Shown here: positions 12,980 through 24,933 of the stretch, in pieces | How the letters are laid out: every line of letters begins with the position of its first letter | How positions within the stretch are numbered: the stretch's first letter is position 1 | From: Pseudogymnoascus verrucosus | Taxonomy: Eukaryota | DNA: 64,000 bases | Assembly (NCBI GenBank): GCA_001662655.1 | Contig: KV460221.1 | Direction: 5' to 3' (one strand) | The notes under the pieces: generated by a model | What the model saw: the letters and a program-made list of their open reading frames with translations, nothing else | Told to the model about the DNA's origin: nothing | Database searches by the model: none | Made by a program: the position numbers and the translations under genes

Positions 12980-15148
12980 TTAAAAGTGTTCCATCTGCCT
13001 ATCAAACATGTTAGGCCCAACGAGATACTGAGACAGATATGTCCAATCGACATTCTCAAAATCACCGAAAATATCTTCGAAAGGGTTAAACTCGTTGGGG
13101 GTTGTAGTTGGTTCTCCCAGGGCAAATGATACCAACTGTGGTTCGTTAAGGGAAAGCGAGGTTATTCCATTAGTTCCCAAAGAAGGAGCTGTATTTAGCA
13201 GTAGGCAGTTGGCGTGATTGATGTTGGTATAGGACCCCGTAGATGTTGATGTATGAGAAGGCGGCTCAGTCTCAAACTGAGAAAGTATTGATTTTACCGG
13301 AGAGACCACGCATCTTGACTCTTTGCTAACTGCCGATTTTTCCACGCATACAGCGTACGCTTTTCTAAGCATATCAAGTTGAGAATAGATAGAGGGGTAC
13401 TCTTCTACACGTTTTCCCGGATTCTGCTTCTTCCATTTGGACAGAGAGAGACATAGTATCATAACTGCAAGTAAGAAATCATTCATATTGAAGCTGGTCA
13501 GCGCCCAGCTGCTATTAGCGTAGAGTTGGCCTCCCGGCTGGAGTTCTTTATTCACGCCAATCAGGTAGGTGATGATTGTCATGGCCGCATTGACACATGC
13601 TTTCGTGCTATATTCGAAACCAAGTGCCATATGTCTACGATGCAGTATGCATAGAGACTTCTGGTGGAGAAATTCGATGTAAATTCGACTGATAATGAGA
13701 AATGGTGGGTCGGCCAGTGATTGTTCCATTGGCCGAATGCGAAGGCTCTCGGGGATAGTGGAGTACATCTGTCTGATTTCGGCATCCAAATCCAAGATTT
13801 CCTCTTGCGATTGAACCTTCAAAGACAAGGCGTGGCTGCACACTTTAGTGAAGCCGCTTAGTAATTTATCCTTCACAACAAAGTACAAAATTGGTGTGGG
13901 ATCTGTTTGCGGCCTGGACAATGGAAGGAGGGACGTTTCCTCATTGAAATCAGAATCCAGGAGATTTCGAGGGGCTTTAGAATCCCATGAGTCGGCAGGA
14001 ATGCAACTATGCAGACCAAACTGGAAAGAAACCATGAGATCAAACTGTCTGCATGCTGACCAGACTCGGCGGCGCATCTCGCCTTCGAATATTGTAAAAT
14101 TTCCAAAATTATCAGGATCTCGGTGATAGCCCATCATGTAGGCAAGTCTAGAAAGGACGCCCAAAATGATGCAGAGCTCTCGAGAAGGATCAAGGCTGAA
14201 CATATACTTGCACTGCGCATACAAACCCAAGGCCTCCATGACTTGGCTTTGGGGGCGGGTAAACTCGCCAAGTACGAGACACTGTCCAGCAGCGTTGAGG
14301 AAGACAGTGCGGGCGTTAGATTGGCCTTCAAACACAGAAGGCGCAGGGACAGGAAGTTCGTTGATCTTTGCTGACATGCAGCAGAGCGAAAACATTATAG
14401 AGACCCAAAGAGGAGACGCACGCAGAGGGTCTTTCCAGAAGTCTTCGTACTGTCTCTGGAACTGGGGGATATGAATGTAGGGGGCAATAAGCATTTGAGC
14501 TTTGAAGAAGGCCGAGAGGTACCGATCAACCTGGGCCCTAGGAGGCAAGCTTTCGGATAGAATTTGTTGCATTGAATAATCTCTCGGTGAGCCGAATATT
14601 ATTTGTCCTTCTGGAATTCCGAGGTCAACTGGGTCTTCATGGTCCGTATATGTGCTCGGTATTGCGTCCATGGTGGTTTTGAGCTCTTGAATGTTGTCTA
14701 AAATGGTAGACCAATGCGTTGATCCAGAGTACCTGGTCTCAGATGAATCCTGATGCAGATGGCCCTCAGTTCCCAAATTTGGAATAGCATCATCTGTTTG
14801 GGGCCGAGTAATGATGTGAGGGTCTGCTCGCTGAATACCGCAAGATTCCGACTCCATAAGTTGCATCACCAACTTCTCAAGCTGCAGTAATTTCTCCTGA
14901 GGTTCAACCCAAGCACCAGCATTGTTTTGAGGTGTCTCTGGAGGGGAATCATAAGTGCAGGCGTCGTCATCGTTGCGTTTTACGCATTTCTCACATGGCC
15001 GGCCACGGTCACACTTCAATTTCCGAGCGCAACATGGTGCACAGGACAACCTAGGCCGATTGCGTTTGACTCCATTTCTGAGGCTCTTGTGCCGGTGGCC
15101 GTCCCCTTCGGCGCGAAACTGTCCGATATAGGACGAGAAGCCTGCCAT
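12980..15148 (-). CDS. Zn2Cys6 fungal-specific transcription factor (intronless)
   Basis: CAPCCARKLKCDRGRPCEKCVKRNDDDAC zinc cluster and a Fungal_trans-like region (MGYHRDP...EGEMRRRVW). Start chosen at MAGFSS. Confidence 0.93.
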   Translation of the reverse strand: MAGFSSYIGQFRAEGDGHRHKSLRNGVKRNRPRLSCAPCCARKLKCDRGRPCEKCVKRNDDDACTYDSPPETPQNNAGAWVEPQEKLLQLEKLVMQLMESESCGIQRADPHIITRPQTDDAIPNLGTEGHLHQDSSETRYSGSTHWSTILDNIQELKTTMDAIPSTYTDHEDPVDLGIPEGQIIFGSPRDYSMQQILSESLPPRAQVDRYLSAFFKAQMLIAPYIHIPQFQRQYEDFWKDPLRASPLWVSIMFSLCCMSAKINELPVPAPSVFEGQSNARTVFLNAAGQCLVLGEFTRPQSQVMEALGLYAQCKYMFSLDPSRELCIILGVLSRLAYMMGYHRDPDNFGNFTIFEGEMRRRVWSACRQFDLMVSFQFGLHSCIPADSWDSKAPRNLLDSDFNEETSLLPLSRPQTDPTPILYFVVKDKLLSGFTKVCSHALSLKVQSQEEILDLDAEIRQMYSTIPESLRIRPMEQSLADPPFLIISRIYIEFLHQKSLCILHRRHMALGFEYSTKACVNAAMTIITYLIGVNKELQPGGQLYANSSWALTSFNMNDFLLAVMILCLSLSKWKKQNPGKRVEEYPSIYSQLDMLRKAYAVCVEKSAVSKESRCVVSPVKSILSQFETEPPSHTSTSTGSYTNINHANCLLLNTAPSLGTNGITSLSLNEPQLVSFALGEPTTTPNEFNPFEDIFGDFENVDWTYLSQYLVGPNMFDRQMEHF

Positions 15149-15638
15149 TGCCACTTTGAACTGTTTTTGGCATGGAGGATAGATTGTGCTCGGAGTTAAG
15201 CATGGGCCGTTGGTACTAATTACGGAACATTGGTACGTACCTAATTGAGCTAATACCCTTTTGGTAAATCTCTCGGCCGGCCTCATACTACATTGGGATC
15301 GAAACTACAGAAATATGAATAATTGAGGGGATATAGACAATTTCGAGCGTGTTGATGGATTTATTTTGTCATTTTTCTGCAGATGGTTGGTAGGGACAGC
15401 TATGATGATGGGGCTTCCCGCCACTTCTTTTTCTGGTAGTGTTTCTCAGCCGATATCCCCGAGATGATATCATGGACGTAAGGCAGTATCACCTGGAAGA
15501 TATCTAAACAAAGCATTCGATAGACTCGAGACAGCTCTATAAAGATCAACTGTCTGCCGCTGTTTGTGAGGAGTTTGGAGTAAACCAGCAACTGCTCATT
15601 TTCCACATCACACATCAATTAAGCACCTCACCTTCACA

Positions 15639-16484
15639 ATGAGCAACGCCCCAATTATTCTCATCACAGGTGCGAACACGGGCATTGGGTTTGAAGTCAT
15701 TAAGGCCTTGGTAGATTCGCCAAATGCCTATACCATTCTCCTTGGTGGTCGATCCATCCAAAAGGCGAAAGATGCGGTAAAACTTGCCAAGGAGCAGTTT
15801 CCCAATTCCCAGAGCACCTTGTCCGCTATCCAAGTCGACATCGAAGATGACGCCTCAATCTCGAAAGCCTTTGAAGAAGTGTCTACCAAATATGAACGAC
15901 TCGATGTTCTCATTAACAATGCCGGTATGACTTCCAAGAGTCTGCACTTTCGTTGGCACTGACACTTTGCAGGGGCTCTGTTCGATTTCGAAATCCAGTC
16001 TGGCCGTATGACCATGAGAGAGGCCTGGAACAAGTCCTGGAACGTTAACACCACCGGGACCCAAATTATGACACACACTTTTGTCCCCCTGCTACTAAAA
16101 TCCTCCGATCCACGACTCTTGTTCGTCACCAGTGGTACTTCTAGCCTCACCGAGACTGAAAGTAGCGACATGTGGGTAAACAAAGTCCCAGCCAAGGGTT
16201 GGCCTAAGCAAGCAATTTCAATGCCATCTTATCGCAGCAGCAAGACGGGTATGAACATGATGATGCGTGAGTGGGCGAGGGTGCTCACGGAGGATGGGGT
16301 GAAGGTTTGGTGTATTTCTCCAGGGTTCCTTGCGACGGGCCTTGGTGCTGGACCAGCGGCGAATAAAGAGATGGGCGCGGGAGACCCGGCCCTTGGTGGC
16401 AAATTTATTAAGGATGTTGTTGAGGGGAAGCGGGATCAAGATGTGGGGAAGGTTATTCGCTCTGGCAGCAATCAGCCTTGGTAA
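15639..16484 (+). CDS. Short-chain dehydrogenase/reductase
   Basis: ITGANTGIG, LINNAG and YRSSK motifs. One intron at ~15924-15972. Confidence 0.93.
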
Positions 16485-16493
16485 TGACACCTC

Positions 16494-16534
16494 GAGTGTG
16501 CTTTTGAGTGTGTTTTTGAGTGTGCTTTTGAGTG
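16494..16534. repeat. 12-bp tandem repeat (gagtgtgYtttt x3) just after the SDR stop
   Basis: gagtgtgcttttgagtgtgtttttgagtgtgcttttgagtg. Confidence 0.8.
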
Positions 16535-16771
16535 GTGGTGTTTGCCGTAAAGTCTCCATATGAGGAGGTCATTATGGGACAGGTATCGTTAAAAACAACT
16601 GCTAGATAGTAAATTTTCACCACTCAATTATTTTCATGAGATTCTGCAAGATATGTGACCAACATATGCCATTAATATGCCTAAATCCGACATAAATCTC
16701 ACCCAAAGGAATTCGTCAAAGGAGTACGTCGGACTATATGCGATCATTCACAAGCCATCCTCTCTGTAAGC

Positions 16772-19700
16772 TCATATATTCGCGCGAACCACCGAGCTAC
16801 TCACCAGTGACCTGTCTGCCATTCGTTTCCAGACCGATCTATCACTTCTCGTCGGCCAAACGCCGTTTCTGCCCGGTTCCATAATACCCGCAGGATCTAC
16901 AGCGTCCTTGATCGCCGTATTAATCTTCGCCAGAGCATCGTCCTGGACATCCCGTATCGCAGCAATCTGATCCATAAGGGCCCCATACGTCCAGTATTCC
17001 GTCCACCCATTTTTCTCACAATCATCCACCAGCGTAAGGATAAGCTTATGAAGTCTCCGACAGGAGTCAGAATCGTGGCGCTCATATGCGATGTAGACTG
17101 TATAGTGCATGTGGCGCTCATCGATCGTGATTGCGCCTAGGAAATCTAACTCGGCATCCTGTATACGCTTCTTCGTAATTGACAACTGTGCATACGCGAT
17201 CTCTCCGGAAATTTTCGAAGTCAGGCGAAAAAATACTTGAGATCCTTTGGGTACCCATGTCGTCCATTTTTGCTCGGCTATGGGAATCTCTTCGTGTTGG
17301 TTCCAGCGGACACAACACGAAGACTGGTCATGGTGAACCGACTCTGGAAAGTAGAATTTTGCCCCTTCAACTTGACCAAATGCCTCCTTGATTACCTGGC
17401 ACAAAGCATCGCGGACGCCCTTCTCTCCATATATCATGCCGTGCAATATCCAACGATTGGTATTAATGCCGTCTGGTTCTATGCTATTGAGAGGAGCATC
17501 GGATGAGGCATTTGGGGACATTGTATCTAAAGGTATATAGTAAAGGCTAGGGCGTGTCTGTAGGGACATTGTTTGGCGAAGCTTCTGAGTGATATAGACG
17601 ATTTTAGGGAGGTCTCCCTCCTTTGGAAACCCAATCTGGTAAGGCTGGCAATCGGCAGGGTTTGAGGTGAGCTATTACATTTCAGCGTGTGATCTTTACT
17701 ATTATGTTCACAATTACTGAAGAGTTACTTACACAAATAGACTAGGCACGTTAGCAAACTTCATCCATCGTTTGAACATCAGTCATCTAGCTTACCAATT
17801 TCACAGCTATCCCCAAGCCTTTTTCCGAGAGTAGTTTTCCATTAAATACACCGAAACTGGAATCGAGGGGCTTATGCTTGTTAGCGGTTGCTAGAATATA
17901 AAACCATGGAGTTACAAACCTGCGTTTCTTCAAATTCTAGCTGTTCGACTTCAGGCCGCGTGCCAGGATATTGTATTAATCCCGTTTTGAGGAGGTCTCC
18001 ATTGGGAAGTATTATTTCCTTGCCACAATAAAGTGTAGATATGTTACCTTCCACAGCATTTCCCAAGGCCAGTCTTTCCGTATACTTGGGCCAGTCGATC
18101 GTGAATTTCTCGTTAAGCTTATTGTCAACAAGGTATTTGTCAATATCTGCATGTGTGGCTCCAGGCTCCACGACAACATATGCACCAGATTCATTTACCC
18201 CAAGCACCTTGTTCATGTAGCTACCAAAGTCCAGGCCAATGCTACCAGGAACTCGTGGTATAGCGGCTCTATAGTCATCGTCACTCCCGCCGCTAAAAGA
18301 CCAAACTGGGGTTTCAAAGGTGTTGCACAAACGAACAATTTCTTGTGCCTCCGACACCTTCCGGGGCCTAACGATGGCGGAGAGAAGAAGATTATCCCTG
18401 TCAGAAACATTCAGATTAAGAATATCAAGTGCGCCCAGCAGCTTCTTGTGAGTCTCTTCCGCCTCCGTAATTATTTTCACGTTATCAGCACCACATATAT
18501 TTTCTGCTTGAACGATATAATCTTCAAACCTCCTGATACTCGTGCTTGGTGGAAGGACAAGTGGGATTCCTGGATTCGCTGGGCTGGCACTGGCTACCGG
18601 AACCTCCTTTCTTATGGGAATTCCAGTAGCCTGAGTGTGAAGATAAGCCTTTAGCTTTTCGGCGCGGTCCATGTATTCAGCAGCCTTGTTCTGCATTATC
18701 CTCTTGCTCTCAGAGTTCTTCTCAAATCTGATGGCAAGCATGAATAATTCGAGACAGATGTAGTACTGTTTATATGCGTTTTCATAATCCTTTGCATTGT
18801 CAAGGGCAATGGCTTGTTTGACAGCGTCGATAGCTCTCCCGAGGAAGTCCGTGTTGCTTTTAGTTGGATTACCTGTCGTTGGCAGATTACCTCTCGATGG
18901 TTGACTCGTCGAGCCATCCTCCTTGTCCTTGGCCGGCGGGGGGATCCAATTCTCAATGCCACTGTACTGCTCCTCTGTCAAAGGACTCCCCAAAACACTG
19001 CCTCCCCACATTATTCCGCCATCATTCTGGAACGCATTTTCTCCAATGACACTTCCCCCGTAAATAGTTGACCTGCGACCGTCGATTACCGTGCTGGCAC
19101 TGGTAAACACTGCCTCTGCAGCACGGGCCATACTCTGTAGCCCCGAGGCTATATTACTGTTTCCGTTCTCTTCTTGAGAAGGATCAGAGCTCGAAATATT
19201 GTTTCCTTGTAGTGCCGCCTCGGCTCGTTGGCTAATGAGTTTAATCATATCTCCAAGGTTAGCAAGAGACGTATCAAGGCTTTGCAGTGAGGCGTTCCCC
19301 TTGATGTGTAAACATCTAGTTACAGTTAGACTTGGTCGCATATTTAAAGAAGAGCAATAATGAATTAAACTCGTACTTACAAGCTGATCATCTGTAGTCC
19401 ACCTTGCATTGCAATATGATGAGAATTGATGCGATGCTGATATGCGGTGATATCAGACATAGACAATGATAGTTTGACTGCCTTCGTCGGCTTGCTCAAA
19501 ATGCCATGCCCAAAGAAGCCGCCCTTTTTAACATTCGTCAGAGCCTTTTCGAGCATCTCGATCGTTAGTTTACTATTATCCAGGTTCTCTGTGACACTAG
19601 TCCAAAGCGTGGCATCAGGACCAGAATAAGCCATGAGAACCGCGGTATTCTGTTTCCATGTCTTCTCAATTGCACTCAACGTGCCCGAAAACCCCATGAG

Positions 19701-19887
19701 CTCCTGGTGGAGTCCAGAAAAGTTGGTGTCAACATTTCGAACGCTGTCTGTGGTCGTGTATACAGCAGCGGCTACCTAGATGCCAGTGAGCTAATCTGCA
19801 TCGGCGAAATGCGGCAAGAGCCATAGGTACCTTGAGACAAAAGACTGCAAGACTTGCAGAGCTAGCTGCTATTGATACTGGATCCAT
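16772..19887 (-). CDS. Chimeric protein: HeLo-like (fungal STAND N-terminal) domain + MIT domain + degenerate vanillyl-alcohol oxidase (VAO/PCMH) fold
   Basis: Spliced in frame across five GT-AG introns, including a 9-nt microexon (17733-17741). N-terminus MDPVSIAASSASLAVFCLK/VAAAVYTTTDSVRNVD. MIT at ~18640-18858 (SNTDFLGRAIDAVKQAI...EYMDRAEKLKAYL). VAO-like region from PLVLPP to KDAVDPAGIMEPGRNGVWP. Confidence 0.85.
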
Positions 19888-20323
19888 ATTGTTTTATTCC
19901 AAACGCACATATTTCAAAGTGTAACTCTAACAAAATGAAGTGCCGTATACAAATAAATATGAGATAGGAGAGCGACAATAAAGTAGAAGATCGGGGAATG
20001 CCAAGAAAGCTTGTGTGGCTGTGGAAGGATTGGAGCGGGGCTGAGTAAGAGCGAACAGCCTCACTGGAAACCCCACACAGACCCCCACGATTATACCAAA
20101 GTTAATATGTAGATATTCAGCCTCGAGGTTGGTTTAATTTAACACCTAGCTAGTACACCACCTATGGTTGACTTCGATCGAACTGTCCACTGCGACGAGC
20201 CTGCAGAGGATGGCGTACAGTTAAGCCTATGAAGTAGTTTGTATACCTCGGAATAATACGTTAGAACGGGCTCGTAGATGCCATCATTCTTATTATAATG
20301 CTACATTTTGGCCATCCTCACAT

Positions 20324-21489
20324 TCACGTAGCCTTCTCCTCCACCTCCTTCTCTCCCGCGCTTTCCGCCGGCAAATCCCCAAACCTAAACATCCCCCAAC
20401 TAACACTCCCCTCACACAGCGTCCACAACCTAACCCCTCTATCCTCCTTTGCCGCCCCCGCCCCCACAAACACCGGCAACAAATGCTCAAAAGTCGGATG
20501 CGCCTTCCTCGCATCTGGCCTCTTCAGCAACTCCCCCATCTTTGCCTTCCTCTCCGCAGGTTCCGACTCCACGGCTTGCTTTAGCGCCTCATCGAACGTC
20601 AGCGCGTAGTCGCGCGGCTTCAGGGAGCCACGGCTCGCGAAGAAGTCGGGGAGGTTGTGGACGGCTTGGCCGGAGACGATGATCAGCACACCCTCGTCGC
20701 GGAGGGGCGCTAGGGCTTCGCCAAGCGCGTAGTGTGCGTCTCCAGAGTCGGAGTCGAAGAGGGAGAGTTGGACGATGGGGACGGAGACGGGGTTGGTTTC
20801 TGGGTGGAAGAGGATGGAGAATGGGACCCAGACGCCGTGGTCGAGGCCTCTTGTGGCGGGCTTGGCGGAGATGCCTGCGTCGGCGAGGAGACGGAGGGCG
20901 GATTGGGCGAGCTGGGGGGAGCCGGTGTGGGGGTATTTGGCGCGGTAGTAGTGGGAGGGGAAACCGCCGAAGTCGTAGATTAGGGGGGTCGATGGGGCGG
21001 AGTTGATGGAGAGGGTGGTGGCGGTGCCTTCCCAGTGGGCGGAGAGGACTAGGATGGCTTTGAATTTTATGGTGGTAGTTATTTCGCGGCCGAGGGTGGT
21101 GAGCCGGGCGTAAGCCGGGTGAGTGGTGTCGTACTTGATGTTTGGCTGGGTGGCTGTTAGTTGGTGTGAGTGCAGTGGAGGTCTCGGAGTAGGGGGATAT
21201 TAGTTGGTGTTAGATAGTGCGGAGACCGCGCTGGGAACACATCGTGCGGAGACCGCGGCTAAGAACAGATAGTTGGAAATATACTTACGCCCCCATGGCT
21301 CACAAAATATACTGGAGTCCTTGTAGTGGTAGACATATTGCGAGTCTTCAATGCTGATCCAAACTGTTTCACGGATGCGCGGCCTCCAACGGCAGGAGCA
21401 ACAGCCCAAAAGCTTCTAAATAATATGGCAAGCGCCACGGCTGTGACTGCGAAGAAAGCCGATAGAAAATAAGTGCGGCCTAGAAACAT
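20324..21489 (-). CDS. LigB-family extradiol ring-cleavage dioxygenase (DODA-like)
   Basis: PVYFVSHGG/PN, LSAHWE, YDFGGFP..YY, RGLDHGVW, SGQAVHNL and AHPTFEHLLP motifs. Start is 21489 (with a hydrophobic leader) or 21336. Confidence 0.9.
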
Positions 21490-22113
21490 CTGCTAATGTT
21501 GAAATCGCGAGCAAAGCGAGAGTATAAATAAGTTCTTATAGTGGAACTGGGGGGTATAACTTCTTTTATATGAGAAATGAGAAGTAAACCATGACGAGTG
21601 TGTGTGGAGGGGTAAGGCTGACAAAAATAGAGGATCCGGGGACTAGTGAATTGGTCATTATATGGGTCTTGGTTGGTCAGATATAGTGTAAGACAGTCAG
21701 CTAATACAAATAAAGCACTAAACCCCTCGGCTCGGGATATCTTCCACCCCAATAATAGCTTACGGCTTACAACTCCACTGCAATTCCCAGAGAATCGGGA
21801 TGCCGAAGATAGTCCGATTCCGATTGCAACTACGGCATTGTATTTTGTATTTGATTAAGTTTCTATGGGCTGATCTGTTCCTGCACATTGGCCCCGATAT
21901 AAATCCAAGTTTTCTCCCTTACTCCCCTGACCAAACTACCTATTCTTGGGCAACAATGACTTTGTTTCGTCGCATAGCTGTGCTTCGTGGCCAGATGCGG
22001 CGGCGGCAGAGCAGCCATGCGACGGTGAGCATGACAATCGCAAGGCTGACACACAGTGTCTGGTCCCAGGTGTCATGCTGTGGCGTTTTATTTCCCCCCA
22101 TTGTCCCTCCAAG

Positions 22114-23007
22114 TCACTGAGCTGGTTCCTCCTCCAGATCCGGAATCCAAACGTGTAGATAGTCCTCGAAATCATCAATTTCCTTAGGAGCCGCCGAGTG
22201 TTTGAGTCCGCTAATTTCATGTTAGCCTGGCCGCCTTTCCCCCAATAGTAAAGAAGAAACTTACGGGTAGATCTTCAAATCAACCTTCCATCCCAACTCC
22301 GACATCTTTGCGGCAGTCATTCTACCCCACTCGGTCAAAACGAGCGGGTCCTGGTCTCCATGGCCCATGAAAATCTCGGTATCCTTGTTCGCGTTTCCTT
22401 CGGGAACGAGGTCCTTGAACTTGTTCTTCAGGAGCATGTAACCAGACAGCGCGACGATGCCGCCGAGCTTGTGTTCGCAGGTAGCGCCGGAGAGCAGGGA
22501 CATCGCACCGCCCTGGGAGAAGCCGCCGATGATGATGCGCTCGGAGGAGATACCCGAAGCGATTTCGGCGTCGATGAGTCGGTGAATTGTGGTGCGCGAG
22601 CGCATGATGCCAGCCTCGTCCTCCTCGGTGGAGAAGTCGTCAATGGCTTTCTGCAGGTGGTTAGCCAACAGTCAAGCCTCTGAACAAAGACTATCAAGCA
22701 TAAGCCACAAACGAACAGTGTTGCGGGCCCTTACAATATCATACCATCCCGGCATGCGCATGCCACCATTCTATTCAGTTAGCTTTCGTAGACAAGTAGC
22801 CGGGCGAATGGGCAGCCAAGCACTCACAAGTGTGATTGGAATGGATGGGGCGTTGGGGAAGATGAATTTAGTCTCAGTGAACTTTTGGCGGCGGCGCCAG
22901 TTCACAGCCAGATCGATCCAGCCAGCACCCTGATCACCAAGGCCGTGAAGGAAGATGACAGTGGCAGTGTGCCTGTTCATCGCCGGGACGGCGAGTGGAG
23001 CAGACAT
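22114..23007 (-). CDS. APT1: Acyl-protein thioesterase 1 / lysophospholipase
   Basis: HTATVIFLHGLGD, PNAPSIPITL/NGGMRMPGWYDI, GGFSQGG, GHGDQDPLV; last exon GLKHS...IDD, stop at 22114. Confidence 0.93.
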
Positions 23008-23613
23008 CTTTTCGCCGTGTCAAGAGTCAATAGTTCAATACTATGTTGGAGTATAAAAGAGCATGGATAGACACGTTAAATATGTCTTTTGAAAGAAAGT
23101 GAAAGAGGGACGTCGATGGTCGATGGTCGACGAACAACGAGTTGAGAAGATAAGAGTAAATATACGAGATGCCCCTCGTCAATTCCCATTTCCATCGCGG
23201 CCTAAAGGGACGAGGGACAGGAGTGACTTGATTGGCTATTACGGGTTAACTACGGGCCGACTTGTTTGAGCAGCCGACGTAACCATTTTCAGCCCACACA
23301 TTATTTTCATTACTAAGCACGTCATTGGCTTACTAGCCAAGGACGGAACAAATATATTCCGATTAGTCCCACCCGCCTCCGAGATGAGACCTTGTAGGCG
23401 TCGACGACGACTGTGTTACTCTTCCATAGCGACGACGACGAGAACAAAGCAAAGCGATGTTGGATCCACGCTTATAATACTGCCTATTTCTTCTTCCACT
23501 AAACTTCTATGAATATATTATATCCCCCTCTTTCACCCTCCCACTAGAACCAACCAAAACTACCCTCCCCCCGCACAGGAACAACGGAACTGTGTGAACA
23601 AACCAATACAGCC

Positions 23614-24933
23614 ATGGCAGCGACAGCGGGCTCCCGCTCCCCCTCACCAAGCCCGAGCAAACTCCCACCCGTCCCCGTCTCGCCCACCTACTCCTACGCC
23701 TCCACCGCAAACCCCATCTCCGCCTACAACCTCCCCGCGCCCCCACCCCCCCAGCGCCACTACGCAGTCCTCACCAAGAACGACCTCGAGCTCTCGCAGA
23801 CGGCCTACTCCGAGCTCCTCACCACCGCGAAACAATACCGGCACGCGCTTGCCGAGCTCTCCAAATGCGCTTCCCAGTTTGGCAGTGCGCTTGAATCCTG
23901 CGCGCGACTGAAGGAGGCGCGCAGCGAGACACTGCATATCAACGGCGGTAGTCTGGGCAATAGCATCACGGCGCAGGGGACGTGCACGGCGGATAACCTG
24001 ATGGCAGCGAGTGGGATTCACCAGTTGGTCGCGAACCACCAGCAGATCCTGTCGGAAACTGTGTATCGCAGTTTCGAAGTGCCGCTACTGCACGAGCTGG
24101 ACGGGTGGCGGCGGAGCATGGAGGAGGAGGAGCTGGCGTACCAACGGGAGGTGAAGGAGCGTAGCCGGGAGATTCGACGGATGGAGAAAGAGGGGCTGAA
24201 ACTGCATAAGCAGCGTAAGCGCGATGTGGCGCGCTTTCGTGGGCACTTGGTGGATCTGACGACACGGCTGGATGAGTTGACGGCGGTGCATGCGGGGCAT
24301 TCGAGGGCGCTGTTGAGGGATAGTCAGGAGGCGAGCGTGAAGATTGTGGAGGCGAGTTCGTCGTTAGTGAGAGCGGAGGTTGATATTTATGAGTCCCTTG
24401 CGCGGAAGGGATGGTCAGGTGGGGGTCTGGATGAGCTGTTGGATAAGGGTGTTGATCTCTTCGCCAACGACCTTGATGGGAGTCACGGCGATGGAACGAA
24501 GTTATTCAGTATCCTCCCGCAGAAGAGCATTCTCGCCGAGGCAAACGCGGATCGTCCACACCATCGTCGTGGCGACAGCATGCTCGTGGAGGGAGAGCAG
24601 TATCAGAGTCTTACGGGGGCGGTGACAGGGGACCGCGACGAGGCGGCGAGTATATTCTCCCAGCGGACGACGACAGAGGGGCATTTCAATAAGTCGAGAG
24701 GGGTGCGCCCGTTTTCGCCGCCGCCGCCGGTGAGGAGGTTGGGTGCGCAGGAGGAGGGGGCGAGGACGCCGTTGATGGAGGAGGAAGAAGAGGCTCTAGA
24801 AGGTGGGGAGAATCCGATTATAGCCGGTGAAAGTGCAGCTGGGGAGCAAGAAGATGATTCGGCAACGATACGAGAGGAGAGGGGAAGGGAGAGAAGCTGG
24901 AGTGTTACAGATGATGGAGTGTTGTCTGAATAG
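23614..24933 (+). CDS. IVY1: IVY1-like I-BAR/IMD phospholipid-binding protein
   Basis: Intronless 439 aa. SQTAYSELLTTAKQYRHAL...FGSALESCARLK and HQLVANHQQILSETVYRSFEVPLL helical segments recalled from Ivy1 homologues. Confidence 0.75.
   Translation: MAATAGSRSPSPSPSKLPPVPVSPTYSYASTANPISAYNLPAPPPPQRHYAVLTKNDLELSQTAYSELLTTAKQYRHALAELSKCASQFGSALESCARLKEARSETLHINGGSLGNSITAQGTCTADNLMAASGIHQLVANHQQILSETVYRSFEVPLLHELDGWRRSMEEEELAYQREVKERSREIRRMEKEGLKLHKQRKRDVARFRGHLVDLTTRLDELTAVHAGHSRALLRDSQEASVKIVEASSSLVRAEVDIYESLARKGWSGGGLDELLDKGVDLFANDLDGSHGDGTKLFSILPQKSILAEANADRPHHRRGDSMLVEGEQYQSLTGAVTGDRDEAASIFSQRTTTEGHFNKSRGVRPFSPPPPVRRLGAQEEGARTPLMEEEEEALEGGENPIIAGESAAGEQEDDSATIREERGRERSWSVTDDGVLSE

Noticed and set aside
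21217..21258. Direct repeat gtgcggagaccgcg x2 in the LigB intron
   Set aside because: Short local duplication with no array or spacer structure; not CRISPR-like.
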